Shown piece after piece: positions 18,186 through 29,068 of a stretch of DNA of 58,234 nucleotides. Made by a program: the position numbers and the translations under genes. Origin of the DNA: Patescibacteria group bacterium (lineage in GTDB: Bacteria; Patescibacteriota; Minisyncoccia; Moranbacterales; DUUL01); assembly GCA_015493225.1 (NCBI GenBank), contig WGDO01000032.1, positions 1-58,234 of the forward strand. Direction: 5' to 3'. The stretch's first letter is position 1. Each line of letters opens with the position of its first letter. The notes beneath the pieces were generated by a model. That model searched no databases. It had not been told where the DNA came from and worked only from the letters and a program-made list of their open reading frames with translations.

Positions 18186-19025
18186 ATGAATAAAAAACAT
18201 ATTATTTTATTAAGTTTGTTTGGGGCGGTTTTTTTGGCGGGATGTGCCGAGATGCCGGCCACAAACAATGGAACTATAAGTAATGAAAAAGAAATAAAAA
18301 CAGAAATTCCTAGAAATAATCAAGCGGATAATACTAAATTGGGTAATAATACTCAGGAGCTGGTTAATTTGAGAAAAAAGCAAGAAGCTGAAAATCAACA
18401 AAGCAAAAAAACTCAAGAGTCTGTCGAAAAAAAATCAGCAGATGAAAATAATTTAAATAATAAATCAATAAATCAAATGAGTAATGAAGAAAATAGTAAT
18501 ATAAATATGGAATTGGCAAAAACTTGTCAGTCAGTTACTTTGGATACAACTATGGGAAAAATAAAAATAAAACTATATGGTGATAAAGCGCCAACAACTG
18601 TGGCCAATTTTTGCACCTTGGCGAAAAAAGGTTTTTATGATGGTATTAAATTTCACAGAGTGATTGATGGATTTATGATTCAAACTGGGGATCCAAAATC
18701 AAAAGATAATAGCTTGAAAAGTGAGTGGGGAACAGGAGATCCAGGATATAAATTTAAAGATGAACTTCCTCAGGCTGGAGAATACAAACTTGGTTCAGTA
18801 GCCATGGCCAATTCCGGACCTAATACTAATGGAAGTCAATTTTTTATAGTCTCTGGACAATCCGGCGTAACTTTACCACCAGCGTATTCTTTATTTGGAG
18901 AAGTAGTAGAAGGAATGGATGTAGTAGAAAAAATTCAAAAAGTAGCTACCGAAGAAAAAGGCATCAAAGACCGCCCAGCAGACGACATCACCATCAAAAC
19001 CGCCGTCCCGGAAATTAAGAAATAA
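18186..19025 (+). CDS. lipoprotein cyclophilin-type peptidyl-prolyl isomerase
   Basis: Lipobox FLAGC; APTTVANF, FHRVIDGFMIQTGDP and MANSGPNTNGSQFFI. Confidence 0.92.
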   Translation: MNKKHIILLSLFGAVFLAGCAEMPATNNGTISNEKEIKTEIPRNNQADNTKLGNNTQELVNLRKKQEAENQQSKKTQESVEKKSADENNLNNKSINQMSNEENSNINMELAKTCQSVTLDTTMGKIKIKLYGDKAPTTVANFCTLAKKGFYDGIKFHRVIDGFMIQTGDPKSKDNSLKSEWGTGDPGYKFKDELPQAGEYKLGSVAMANSGPNTNGSQFFIVSGQSGVTLPPAYSLFGEVVEGMDVVEKIQKVATEEKGIKDRPADDITIKTAVPEIKK

Positions 19026-19178
19026 CAGCCACCCTTGGCGCCTGTCCCTCGTAGTTGATTAGGCGAAGTGGGATAAAGGGGGTCAAATTTTCTCAGTTTA
19101 TTATTTACAAATCATTATCTTTCCATTCCACAAAAACAAGAAAGAGATTAAATCTCGGTATCAATAAGTATTTTAAAT

Positions 19179-19211
19179 AAGACTCTTAAGATTTTTAAGG
19201 GTCTTGTTTTT
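19179..19211 (+). terminator. intrinsic terminator-like hairpin
   Basis: AAGACTCTTAAG/TTTAAGGGTCTT stem followed by a T-tract. Confidence 0.55.
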
Positions 19212-19331
19212 ATCAACCACAAAACATTTTTCGAGCCAATACTTCAGCGATACCTCCCTAAACGGCAGGCAGGTGTATTACTAAAATATTGACTTGTTTT
19301 CTTTTTCTTAATTTTTTATTCCTTATTTAAC

Positions 19332-19373
19332 GCCCGTTACGTCTAGCTCACGGCCGTGAGTTTGACGTAACGG
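19332..19373. repeat. near-perfect palindrome upstream of clpB
   Basis: CCCGTTACGTC-TAGCTCACGGCCGTGAGTTT-GACGTAACGGG. Confidence 0.8.
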
Positions 19374-19556
19374 GGTATTTTGGTTTGGTAAGATCTTTTT
19401 TTGAGTTTTAAATTTTGAAATTTTTGGATTTGGTGATATAATAATAACAGTCAAAAGTCTATAAAGTCCATAAAGTTGAAAGTCAGATAAAATATTAATT
19501 TTAATGGACAAGGGACTTTATAGAATTTTGACTTTATAAACTTTAGACTTAATATT

Positions 19557-22160
19557 ATGGATTTAGAAAAACTAACCACAAAATCACAAGAAGCAATTCA
19601 GCAGGCTCAACAATTAGCGGCCCAGAACGGACATCAGCAAATTGATGTTTGGCACTTATTGTCGGCTTTAATTAATCAAGATGGTTCGGTAATTCCCACC
19701 ATTCTTGATAAATTACAGGTTGACAGTAATGCTTTAAGCCAAGAGATTCAGGAGGAGTTAAAAAAGAAACCGACTATTACCGGTGGAGTAGAAGCCGATA
19801 AGGTTTATGCCACCCAAGAAATTTCTAAAGTGATAGAAGGAGCTTTTTCCGAAGCAAAAACAATGGGAGATGAATATGTTTCCACTGAACACCTTTTGTT
19901 GAGCTTAATGAATATTAGTTCAGAGGTTAAAAATTTATTGGAGAAATATCAAATAACTTCTCAAAAAATAATGGATATTTTGAAAGAAGTGCGAGGTAGT
20001 CAAAAAGTTGATTCGCCAGACCCAGAGGGAAAATATCAGATTATTAAAAAGTACACGGTGAATTTAACAAAAGAAGCGGAAGAAGGAAAAATGGATCCGA
20101 TTATTGGGCGAGATGAGGAAATTAGAAGAGTAATCCAAATCCTAACTAGACGAACTAAAAACAATCCAGTACTTCTGGGAGAGCCAGGAACAGGAAAAAC
20201 CGCCATTGTGGAAGGGTTAGCCCAGCGAATTATCAATAAAGATGTGCCGGATAATTTGCAGGACAAGGAAATTATCGTTATTGATATGGGCTCTTTATTG
20301 GCGGGAGCAAAATACCGAGGTGAGTTTGAAGACCGTTTAAAGGCCTTGATTAATGAAATTGAAAAATCTGACGGACACTATATTCCATTTATTGATGAGT
20401 TGCACACTTTGGTTGGAGCCGGTGCCGGTGAAGGACAGGCCGATGCTTCCAATATGCTTAAGCCAGCCTTAGCCCGTGGAAAATTGAAAATGATTGGGGC
20501 AACTACTTTAAAAGAATATCAAAAATATATTGAGAAAGATGCCGCCCTGGAAAGAAGATTCCAACCAGTTTACGTAGATGAACCTACCGAGGAAGACGCC
20601 ATTGCTATTTTGCGAGGAATTAAAGAAAAGTATGAATTGCATCACGGAGTGCGAATTACGGATGATGCGGTGAAGGCGGCCGTGAAATTAGCGGTGCGAT
20701 ATATTCCGGAAAGATTTTTGCCAGACAAGGCAATTGATTTGTTGGACGAAGCTACGTCTGCTTTGAGAATGGAAATAGAATCTCGTCCAACGGAAATTGA
20801 TCAAATGGAAAGAGAATTGACCAAGTTAGAAATTGAGGAGAAAGCGCTTCAAAGAGAAAAAACGGAAAAATCCAAAAAACGGATAGAAGAAATTAAAAAA
20901 GAAAAGGCTCAGATTAATGATAAGTTAAAAGCAGTTAAGGTGAAATGGCAAAGCGAGAAGGAATTGATAGATAAAATTAAAAAAGATAAAGAGGAGATTG
21001 ACCGTTTGAAAAATGAAGCAGAACAGGCGGAGAGAGAAGGTCATCTAGATAAGGTGGCGGAAATTCGCTATGGAGAAATTCCAAAACTAGAAGAGGAAAT
21101 TAAAAAAACTCAAAAAGAATTAAATAATATCCAGAAGCAGGGTGGTATTTTAAAAGAAGAAGTTACCGAGGAAGATATTGCCAAAGTTGTTTCTCGTTGG
21201 ACGGGAATTCCAGTGGATAAAATGTTAAAAACAGAAAATCAAAAACTAGTACAAGCAGAGAAAGAGTTGTCTAAAAGAGTTATCAGTCAGAGAGAAGCCA
21301 TTAAAGCTGTTGCTAATGCCTTGCGAAGGAACCAGGCTGGACTGACTGATGAAAATCGTCCCATCGGTTCTTTTATGTTTCTTGGTCCGACCGGAGTTGG
21401 TAAAACTGAGTTGGCTAAAGCCTTGGCGGAATTTTTGTTTGATAATGAAGATGCTTTGATTAGAGTGGACATGAGTGAATATATGGAGCAACATAGCGTA
21501 GCCAAATTTATTGGTTCGCCTCCGGGTTATGTGGGACACGAAGAGGGTGGACAATTAACAGAAAAAATTCGACGAAAACCCTACAGCGTGATTCTTTTTG
21601 ATGAAATTGAAAAGGCCCATCCGGAAATCTTTAATATTCTATTGCAAATCTTAGATGATGGAAGATTGACGGATGCTAAAGGACGAACGGTTGATTTCAA
21701 AAACACAGTGATTATTATGACTTCTAATTTAGGCAGTGACGTTATTATTCAAACCTATGATGAAGCTAGAAAAAAGAAAGAAAAAGTTAACCGAGAGGCT
21801 TTAAAACAAAAAGTTCTTGATATTTTACATCAAAGATTCAAACCAGAATTTCTAAATCGCTTTGATGAAATTATTGTCTTTGAATCTTTGAGTCGAGAAG
21901 ATATTGAAAAAATTATTGATTTACAAATTGCTAAAGTAAATCAACGATTAAAAGAAAAGGGTGTGACAATAGAATTGACCGCCAAGGCTAAGAAATTTAT
22001 TCTTGACCATGGTTATGATCCAGCCTACGGCGCCCGTCCTTTAAAAAGAGCTATTCAAAAATATATTTTAGATGAATTAGCTTTACGGCTGATTGAAGGA
22101 AAAATTAAAAAAGGAAAAGTAAAAGTTGATGTAGAGAAGGGAAAGGTTGTGTTTGGATAA
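19557..22160 (+). CDS. clpB: chaperone ClpB
   Basis: Clp N-domain, two AAA+ modules ([16 protein letters not shown]), middle coiled coil, GARPLKR. Confidence 0.96.
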   Translation: MDLEKLTTKSQEAIQQAQQLAAQNGHQQIDVWHLLSALINQDGSVIPTILDKLQVDSNALSQEIQEELKKKPTITGGVEADKVYATQEISKVIEGAFSEAKTMGDEYVSTEHLLLSLMNISSEVKNLLEKYQITSQKIMDILKEVRGSQKVDSPDPEGKYQIIKKYTVNLTKEAEEGKMDPIIGRDEEIRRVIQILTRRTKNNPVLLGEPGTGKTAIVEGLAQRIINKDVPDNLQDKEIIVIDMGSLLAGAKYRGEFEDRLKALINEIEKSDGHYIPFIDELHTLVGAGAGEGQADASNMLKPALARGKLKMIGATTLKEYQKYIEKDAALERRFQPVYVDEPTEEDAIAILRGIKEKYELHHGVRITDDAVKAAVKLAVRYIPERFLPDKAIDLLDEATSALRMEIESRPTEIDQMERELTKLEIEEKALQREKTEKSKKRIEEIKKEKAQINDKLKAVKVKWQSEKELIDKIKKDKEEIDRLKNEAEQAEREGHLDKVAEIRYGEIPKLEEEIKKTQKELNNIQKQGGILKEEVTEEDIAKVVSRWTGIPVDKMLKTENQKLVQAEKELSKRVISQREAIKAVANALRRNQAGLTDENRPIGSFMFLGPTGVGKTELAKALAEFLFDNEDALIRVDMSEYMEQHSVAKFIGSPPGYVGHEEGGQLTEKIRRKPYSVILFDEIEKAHPEIFNILLQILDDGRLTDAKGRTVDFKNTVIIMTSNLGSDVIIQTYDEARKKKEKVNREALKQKVLDILHQRFKPEFLNRFDEIIVFESLSREDIEKIIDLQIAKVNQRLKEKGVTIELTAKAKKFILDHGYDPAYGARPLKRAIQKYILDELALRLIEGKIKKGKVKVDVEKGKVVFG

Positions 22161-22186
22161 GGTTGGTTTGTTTTAAGGAACTAAAG

Positions 22187-22228
22187 AAATCCACCCCTAA
22201 CCCCTCCTTTACAAAGGAGGGGAACTAA
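22187..22228 (+). repeat. REP-like unit
   Basis: Same sequence as the 1155-1246 units. Confidence 0.88.
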
Positions 22229-22249
22229 AATCACTAATTTCTCAAAGTT

Positions 22250-23071
22250 TTGTTTCTAAAATTTAAATTAATTATTTTAAGTTTTATTTTTGCTACCGGA
22301 CTGGGAGTTTTTTCTTGGCGAGCCGATTTATATTTTGGGGTTTTGGGATTTTTGATATTATTTAATCTTCTATTGATTTGGCCACTATCAGAAAGAATAC
22401 GTTTTCTAGCCATTCCATTTTTTCTTAGTATCGGTTCCTTAAATTTACTTTATTTGATTGATGGGCAAATGGAGAGAATTCTTTTTATAATCTTGGCTAC
22501 CATTATTCATTATTTATCATTATTGGGAGCTTATCGTCTAAAGCAATATGACTGTGACCAAACGGCCCAGGGAATGATTAATTTAGCCACCATTATAACA
22601 ATTTTTTTCTGGTTTGTCTCTAATTATGGCTGGTATTTAAATTTTGCCATTGATAGTTGGGTGCTGGTAGTTACTTTTGTCGCTTCCACTTTTTTTATTA
22701 CTTTACCGTCCTTAACAATTTGTTTTGTTTCCTGTTATAAAATTAATTATAGACAAAAGAAACAAAAAGAAACAAAAAAGAATTTTGTTATTGCTCTGAA
22801 ACAGCAATTAAAGGTGGAAAAAACAGCCTTATTTTTTAGTAGCATTTTAGCTTTTATTATGGGAGAAGTGATTTGGGGGCTATCATTCTGGCCATTTGGG
22901 TATTTAATAACTGGAATGACGGCGGTAATCATTTTCTTTTTATTCTGGTCAGTGGTGCGTCGTTTCATAATGGGTCGTTTGACAAAAAAGTTTATGGCTG
23001 TTAACATAGTTATGATGTTGACCTTAGTGGTATTAATGATTCTAACTTCCCCCTGGGATATTATAAAATGA
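22250..23071 (+). CDS. multi-pass membrane protein, unknown function
   Basis: Many hydrophobic helices; TTG start; stop overlaps the next start (ATGA). Confidence 0.7.
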   Translation: MFLKFKLIILSFIFATGLGVFSWRADLYFGVLGFLILFNLLLIWPLSERIRFLAIPFFLSIGSLNLLYLIDGQMERILFIILATIIHYLSLLGAYRLKQYDCDQTAQGMINLATIITIFFWFVSNYGWYLNFAIDSWVLVVTFVASTFFITLPSLTICFVSCYKINYRQKKQKETKKNFVIALKQQLKVEKTALFFSSILAFIMGEVIWGLSFWPFGYLITGMTAVIIFFLFWSVVRRFIMGRLTKKFMAVNIVMMLTLVVLMILTSPWDIIK

Positions 23072-24201
23072 TGAAAAAAAGTATAAAATTTATTTTAGGG
23101 ATTATTCTATTTATAGGCTCAGTTTTATTTCTAGCCCTTTTTGTTGCACCAAAAATTTCTACTATGCCCTGGTTTTTAAAATATAATTTATCGGGAAGTA
23201 ATAATCAAAAAACAGTGGTTATAAATAAAACGGAAAAAGTAACCGTCCAGGAGAATTTTTCCCTGAAAAAAGTTGCTGAAAATACTTTGCCCAGTATAGT
23301 GCAAGTTATCTTTGAGCCGACTAAGCCCAAAAAGGGCCAAATTATTTTACCGGTTTCTCAAAGTGGTATTATTTTATCCAGTGACGGAATTATTGTTACA
23401 TCCATTAGTAACAATGATGAAAAATTTATTAATTCAAAATATAAAATTGAAATTTCTTTAAATGATGGAGAAACTATTGAAGCGAAAATTATAGCAAATG
23501 ATGACTTTAATAATTTAGTTTTTTTGAAAGTTGATAAAGACAATTTACCGGTTGCCCCATTTGGTGAAACCGATTCTGTGGAAAGCGGAGAAAAAACCGT
23601 GTTGATTGGACACTCCAAAGAAAATACCGAACAATTATTAATGTCTAACTTAATAGAGGAATATCAAAGAAACTTCAATTCCAGCGGAGCTAAATTTATT
23701 TTTTCCGATAAAAACAGTAATGTTTTAAAATTGGGAATGCCTCTTTCTAACAAATTTATCGGCGGTGCCACAATAGATTTTCAAGGGTCATTGATAGGGA
23801 TTATCAATCAGAGAAGTGATTATGCCGGTAAAGAACATTTTTTTGTTACTCCTATAGAAAATATTCAAAATTCATTTCAACAATTAATTCAAAACAAAAA
23901 AATCAGTTATCCTAAGTTAGGGATATATTATTTAAATATTAATCCAAGCCTAGTTAGATTAAATAGTTTGTCTTCGAAAAATGGGGCTTTGATTTATACT
24001 CCTTCCGGTAAATTAGTTACCATCAAGGGTTCCCGTGGTCGATTGGCAGGATTACGTTTTGGTGATATTATTCTTAAAGTTAATAATGAAGATATTACAA
24101 CAGAAAATACCTTGGGTATGATTTTAAATAAATATAGAGCGGAAGATAAACTGGAATTAGAAATTAAGCGTCAGGACAAAATAATACAGGTAAAGTTATA
24201 A
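23068..24201 (+). CDS. HtrA/DegP-like trypsin-PDZ protein, catalytic motifs degenerate
   Basis: TM anchor, PSIVQV, SGIILSSDGIIVT, GG...GSLIGI and C-terminal PDZ (AGLRFGDIILKVN). Confidence 0.8.
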   Translation: MMKKSIKFILGIILFIGSVLFLALFVAPKISTMPWFLKYNLSGSNNQKTVVINKTEKVTVQENFSLKKVAENTLPSIVQVIFEPTKPKKGQIILPVSQSGIILSSDGIIVTSISNNDEKFINSKYKIEISLNDGETIEAKIIANDDFNNLVFLKVDKDNLPVAPFGETDSVESGEKTVLIGHSKENTEQLLMSNLIEEYQRNFNSSGAKFIFSDKNSNVLKLGMPLSNKFIGGATIDFQGSLIGIINQRSDYAGKEHFFVTPIENIQNSFQQLIQNKKISYPKLGIYYLNINPSLVRLNSLSSKNGALIYTPSGKLVTIKGSRGRLAGLRFGDIILKVNNEDITTENTLGMILNKYRAEDKLELEIKRQDKIIQVKL

Positions 24202-24500
24202 AAAATTTTTATTTGATTTTAAAACAGGCTATTTAATAGCTTGTTTTTTTTGTTACCCCCTATGAAAAGGAGAATGGGGGAGGGTCGGTTAGTTATTTAA
24301 AATTAATGATTTTGCCTATGATCAAAATATGGCATTATAGATTATCGTTTAAAATATTTAAAATTTAAAATTAAATATTCATTTAAAATTTAAAACTTAA
24401 AACTTAAAATTCCCCCTCATCCCCTTTTTACGAAAGGATGACCGCCTTTATCCTACTTTATTAAAATTATGCGGAATAGACTCAGGGGGTATCCCAGCTA

Positions 24501-24528
24501 TTGACAATATTTAAAAACGCGTTATAAT
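24501..24528 (+). promoter_or_regulatory. sigma70 promoter
   Basis: TTGACA-N16-TATAAT. Confidence 0.65.
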
Positions 24529-24554
24529 AAAGCGTCATAGTTAATTTTAATCAA

Positions 24555-25826
24555 ATGGACAATTATTTTCAGAAGACAACTAAATCTTGGCAAACTGTAT
24601 TATTTTTTGTCATATTACTAGGCAGTGCCGTTTTTATCGGTAGCGTTTTTGGTTTGGGCGGATATGTTGCTGAAACAGATTTATTGGTAGTCGCCAGTAA
24701 TCCTCAGATTAATCGTGCTTATAATTATGGTGACCTAGGGCAAACCTTAAAAGTAGTTTTGCGAGAGGATGCTTTTCATAAATTGTTGCAGGATAAATTT
24801 TCCTTTGATGTCCCAGATAAAAAAATTAGAGTAAGGCATTATAAAAAAACAGACGTTTTAAAAATCAAAGTGAGAGATAAATCAGTTGCCAATACTCAAA
24901 AGGATATAAAAAATATTTATCAGGCAATTGTTTCATATGCTCCAGAATATTATACCCAGAGTGATAAAATTATTATCAAAACTCTCAAAGCTCCCCAACT
25001 AGTAGACAGCTACACCTTGGCTTGGCAAAGAGGTCTGGAAGGAGCGTTTGCCGGATTGGTAGTTGGCCTACTGGTCATTTGGTTTACTGATTTTCGGCTA
25101 GATTTGTCATTACAAGGAAAATCATCTCGAGCAATAGTTAGACAGAAATTAAGAAGGGAGTTAGAGCGAAGTAACTTTAAAAAAGAATTAGAACCGGAAG
25201 TAGAAGAGTATGTTTTTACTAGTAATGGCTTATTAAAAAATGGTCAATTAGAAAAACTTAAAAAAGAAAAAGAGAAGCAATCTTCTAAAAAACAGAATCA
25301 AAATGCTTTAAAAAAATCCAATTTAACCGAAGTAGATCAGAAAAATAAAAGGAGTAATCAAGACAAAATAACAATAAAACCACAATGTATTACCCTTAAT
25401 ACTTTTGTGGATGATGATTTAAAAGGTAGGAGGCAGAAAGAAATAATTCCGGACAATTTACCAGTTTTTGTTGATGAAAAATATAATAAGGAAAACGAAC
25501 TGGAGCAAGAAAATAGTGACAATAAAAGCACGGAGAAAGTAGAAGAAGTTAGTGTTGATAAAAGTATATCCAAAGAAACAGAAAATATTATTCAGAAAGA
25601 GGAAAGGCAAGTGAAAGAAGTAGCGGAAAAGGAAGACAAAAAAAACATCCAGCAACCCCAAAAAGTTATTTCTTCTTTGGAAAAACCGGAAGCAAAAATT
25701 CCCAGTGCTCATAATATTGCCAATGGTTTTACCCCACCAGTTATTCCAGATATTCCGGCCGATGAAGATTTAAGCCCCGAAGAAATCAAAGATCGCCTCA
25801 ACAAACTATTGAGGGGAGATTTATAG
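24555..25826 (+). CDS. Wzz-like membrane protein with long charged C-terminal tail
   Basis: Two TM helices around a loop as in 529-1149, then a K/E-rich tail ending EEIKDRLNKLLRGDL. Confidence 0.55.
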   Translation: MDNYFQKTTKSWQTVLFFVILLGSAVFIGSVFGLGGYVAETDLLVVASNPQINRAYNYGDLGQTLKVVLREDAFHKLLQDKFSFDVPDKKIRVRHYKKTDVLKIKVRDKSVANTQKDIKNIYQAIVSYAPEYYTQSDKIIIKTLKAPQLVDSYTLAWQRGLEGAFAGLVVGLLVIWFTDFRLDLSLQGKSSRAIVRQKLRRELERSNFKKELEPEVEEYVFTSNGLLKNGQLEKLKKEKEKQSSKKQNQNALKKSNLTEVDQKNKRSNQDKITIKPQCITLNTFVDDDLKGRRQKEIIPDNLPVFVDEKYNKENELEQENSDNKSTEKVEEVSVDKSISKETENIIQKEERQVKEVAEKEDKKNIQQPQKVISSLEKPEAKIPSAHNIANGFTPPVIPDIPADEDLSPEEIKDRLNKLLRGDL

Positions 25827-25839
25827 ATAATAAAAAACT

Positions 25840-26832
25840 ATGTCTAAAGAAGTAAAAAAATTAACAGCACTATTACCAACGAGGAGCAGGGATTTTACCT
25901 TGTTGCAAAAAGCTGTCGCCTCGGTAGACTGGGCAGATGAGATATTAATTGCCGATTCTTCAAAGAATAAAAATGGTGCTAAAAAAATTAAAGAATTTGC
26001 CAAAAAGATTGGCGCAAGATATATTTACAGAGATTATAAATATAGTGCCAATTTTAAAAATTGGGTCATTCCCCAGGCTAAATATAATTGGATTCTTTTG
26101 CTTGATTCTGATGAAATAGTGACTGATAAGTTAAAAAAGTATACCAAGAAATTATTAAAAAGTAAATCAATTAATAATTATGATGGTTTTGGAATTGCTA
26201 GAAAACATTTTTTCTTTGGTAAATTTTTAAAGTATGGTGGTAGATACCCATTATATAATATTAGACTTTTTAATAAAAAATGTCGTTATGAAGATAGAAA
26301 CGTACATGCTCATATTATTGTTAATAAAGAACGTTTATTAAATATTAATCCTACTCACGGAGACATTTTACATTTTTCTGATAGGAACTTTGATCAATTT
26401 TTTGAAAGATTTAATCGTTACAGCGATTACCAGGCTCAATATATCTTAAAAATGGCTAAGAAAAAATTATCAATTAATTGGTGGCAATTTTTAACTAATT
26501 TTTTGTATTTTAAAGCAACAATGAAGGATATTTGGTTCTTTATTCCCGGGCATAGCCTCTGGCGTTTTGTTTGGATGTATATTTTGAAATTTGGTTTTAT
26601 GGATGGCAAGGCCGGTTTAAATATTGCTGTATTGTATGCTTTTCAAGATTTTATTTCCAAGACAAAATACTATCATTTGATAGGTAGGAAAGCAAAATTA
26701 AGAACAACCTATCAAAATATATTAATTTATCTCATAGCAACATTATTTAATAACCGTAGTCAATTTATAGAAGAATATCAGAATTTATTTTTTATTAATA
26801 AAGGAAAAGTTAATATCATGAAGAGCGTTTAG
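25840..26832 (+). CDS. glycosyltransferase family 2
   Basis: WADEILIAD, WILLLDSDE (DxD), RLF and VHAH, like LPS beta-glucosyltransferases. Confidence 0.88.
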   Translation: MSKEVKKLTALLPTRSRDFTLLQKAVASVDWADEILIADSSKNKNGAKKIKEFAKKIGARYIYRDYKYSANFKNWVIPQAKYNWILLLDSDEIVTDKLKKYTKKLLKSKSINNYDGFGIARKHFFFGKFLKYGGRYPLYNIRLFNKKCRYEDRNVHAHIIVNKERLLNINPTHGDILHFSDRNFDQFFERFNRYSDYQAQYILKMAKKKLSINWWQFLTNFLYFKATMKDIWFFIPGHSLWRFVWMYILKFGFMDGKAGLNIAVLYAFQDFISKTKYYHLIGRKAKLRTTYQNILIYLIATLFNNRSQFIEEYQNLFFINKGKVNIMKSV

Positions 26833-26855
26833 TTATAATTAATTTATTTAAAAAT

Positions 26856-27569
26856 ATGCGAAACAATAAATTAGACAACAACTTACAACCATTAAAAAAT
26901 ATTTGGCAATCACGCAATATTGTTTTTTGGCTGGCTATTATTATGGCGATGATTTTTTTTGTGATTAGTGCCTTGATTCCGCCTTCCTACAAATCATTGT
27001 CCACCATAGCCGTCAATCAATCCCGAACAGTTGGTTTAGATGCTTACCGAGAGGCGAAATCATCAGAGTTTATTGCTCGTTCTATTAAAGAAATGGTTAT
27101 AGCCAATTCTTTTATGCAAACAGTCATCAATGACGATAATATTCATTGGGAAAAAATAAGTAAAGAAAAAAGTCAAGATAAAAAAATCAAGTTATGGAAA
27201 AAGAAAATAAAAGTTACCATTGTGCCCAACACTGGGATTGTGCATATTTTAGTATACACAAATGACAGAGAGCTATCTAAAGCCATAAATGCAAAAATAA
27301 TAAATACCCTAAAAGATAAGGAGCTAGTCTTTTTTTCAAAAAAAGGAATTAATTTAAATGTTATTGATGAACCTTATTATTTTTATAAACCGGCTTTTCC
27401 AAATTTAATTCTCAATACTTTGTTAGGATTTGTTTTTGGAGGAATGTTTGCGATTATTTTAATTTTGTTAAGTGACGATGAAAAATCAAAAATATCTTCC
27501 CCAATAATCAATCTTGGAGTAAATAAAAAACAAAAATATATAAAAATAAAAGATGAAGATTTAAATTAG
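26856..27569 (+). CDS. Wzz/CpsC-like chain-length determinant family protein
   Basis: TM-PPSYKS-loop-VIDEP...PAFPNLILNTLLG-TM architecture. Confidence 0.75.
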   Translation: MRNNKLDNNLQPLKNIWQSRNIVFWLAIIMAMIFFVISALIPPSYKSLSTIAVNQSRTVGLDAYREAKSSEFIARSIKEMVIANSFMQTVINDDNIHWEKISKEKSQDKKIKLWKKKIKVTIVPNTGIVHILVYTNDRELSKAINAKIINTLKDKELVFFSKKGINLNVIDEPYYFYKPAFPNLILNTLLGFVFGGMFAIILILLSDDEKSKISSPIINLGVNKKQKYIKIKDEDLN

Positions 27570-28957
27570 ATTTTATTTTTATTATTTACCGCCAACCAAC
27601 CAGCCAGAAGAGACCAGGTAAACAGGTGAATAAAATTACCTTCGTAATAAGATTCAACGGTACTAATTATGGTCAAAGAAACAAGAAGGGCGATGGCTCC
27701 CCAACTTATAATTAAATAAGAAGCTTTATTGGGACTTCTGCTGGATGTAATTTGCAAATGAGTTTTAATAATTTGATAATAAAAACTAAAAATTAAAACC
27801 AAATATAAAACAACACCCAATAAGCCATTTTCGACGGAGAAAAATACTAAGTCATCATGAGGATTTTCCGTACCATTGGCTGATTCTTTGGCATCATTAA
27901 TTATTTTTGGGAAACTGCCTGCCCCATAGCCAAAAAAAGGTTTCTCAACAAATTTACGTCTGCTCAGATACCAAATATTTTCTCGGGCGTACATAGAGTC
28001 AAACATAGTATGATTAGTGAAGCCTTCAATTCTATTTTTAGTCGGTTCAAAGGATAACAGTAAAGGAATTAATAATACCGTTAAAAAAATACCAACCATT
28101 ACCAACTTTTTCTTTTGCAGAGAAAAAATTCCTAGAAAAATTATAAAGCCAAGCCAAGCAGAACGAGAAAAAGTCATAATAAATATAGGCATAGCTAGAA
28201 ATAAATAGCTCAATAATAGCCAAATATATTTTTTAATATTTTGTTTCTGAAAGTGAAATAGTAAAATAATTGCTGAGGCTATGGTTATTAACAAAAAACT
28301 TCCCAATAGATTAGGACTATCAAAAGGGCCGGACACTCTTTTGATATCCAGATCACTATACTCATAAAAAATCCCTCCAAATATTTGATAATACGATAAT
28401 AGAATAGCTGGTAGAGAAAGCGTTATTAAAAAAGTCACTAAATGATAAAAGGATTTAATATTTTTAATAAGAGTATAAGTGGTTAAAAATAAAAAAAACA
28501 AAACCAAATAAAAACTAAGTTGGATATATTTATCATCCCCCTGGGACCATAGTACTGAAAGACAGAAATATCCAAGGGTCAAGAGAATTATTTTTGCATT
28601 GGGAATAATCTTTAACTTAGCTTTTTTTTTCCAAAGGATTAATCCGGAAAATAAAGTTATTAGAGAGAAACCAATTATTCTTGGGTCAATGGCATAAAAA
28701 GAAAACGATAGATTGGTTTGACTTTGGTAAACCTGACCGATGATAGATAAATTTTGCAAGAGAAAGAAAACGGGCAATAAAAGTAGGGATACAAAAAAAG
28801 CATAATCAATCTTTAAAAGAGCTACCAAAAAAACACCTATTAATATTGCATCAATAAAAATGGTGTCCATAATCAGTTTATAATCAGTACTGAAAAGTGA
28901 AATAATAAGATGGTAACTAAGGCCACCAATTAATATTAAAAAGAAATACTTTTTCAT
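27566..28957 (-). CDS. O-antigen ligase/polymerase family protein
   Basis: Polytopic; RVSGPFDSPN, TFSRSAW, PFFGYGAGSF and PHDD motifs. Confidence 0.85.
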   Translation of the reverse strand: MKKYFFLILIGGLSYHLIISLFSTDYKLIMDTIFIDAILIGVFLVALLKIDYAFFVSLLLLPVFFLLQNLSIIGQVYQSQTNLSFSFYAIDPRIIGFSLITLFSGLILWKKKAKLKIIPNAKIILLTLGYFCLSVLWSQGDDKYIQLSFYLVLFFLFLTTYTLIKNIKSFYHLVTFLITLSLPAILLSYYQIFGGIFYEYSDLDIKRVSGPFDSPNLLGSFLLITIASAIILLFHFQKQNIKKYIWLLLSYLFLAMPIFIMTFSRSAWLGFIIFLGIFSLQKKKLVMVGIFLTVLLIPLLLSFEPTKNRIEGFTNHTMFDSMYARENIWYLSRRKFVEKPFFGYGAGSFPKIINDAKESANGTENPHDDLVFFSVENGLLGVVLYLVLIFSFYYQIIKTHLQITSSRSPNKASYLIISWGAIALLVSLTIISTVESYYEGNFIHLFTWSLLAGWLAVNNKNKI

Positions 28958-28984
28958 TGTTTAAGTTTAAAAATTTCTTGGTTT

Positions 28985-29035
28985 ACCCCCTGCGTAAAGG
29001 GGGCCAAATTTTCTCAATTACTTTTATTTGACAAC
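28985..29035 (-). repeat. half copy of hairpin-carrying REP-like element
   Basis: Reverse complement matches the right half of 55666-55761. Confidence 0.75.
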
Positions 29036-29068
29036 ACAGTGTCAATGCTTTTTTATATGACCCAAGAA

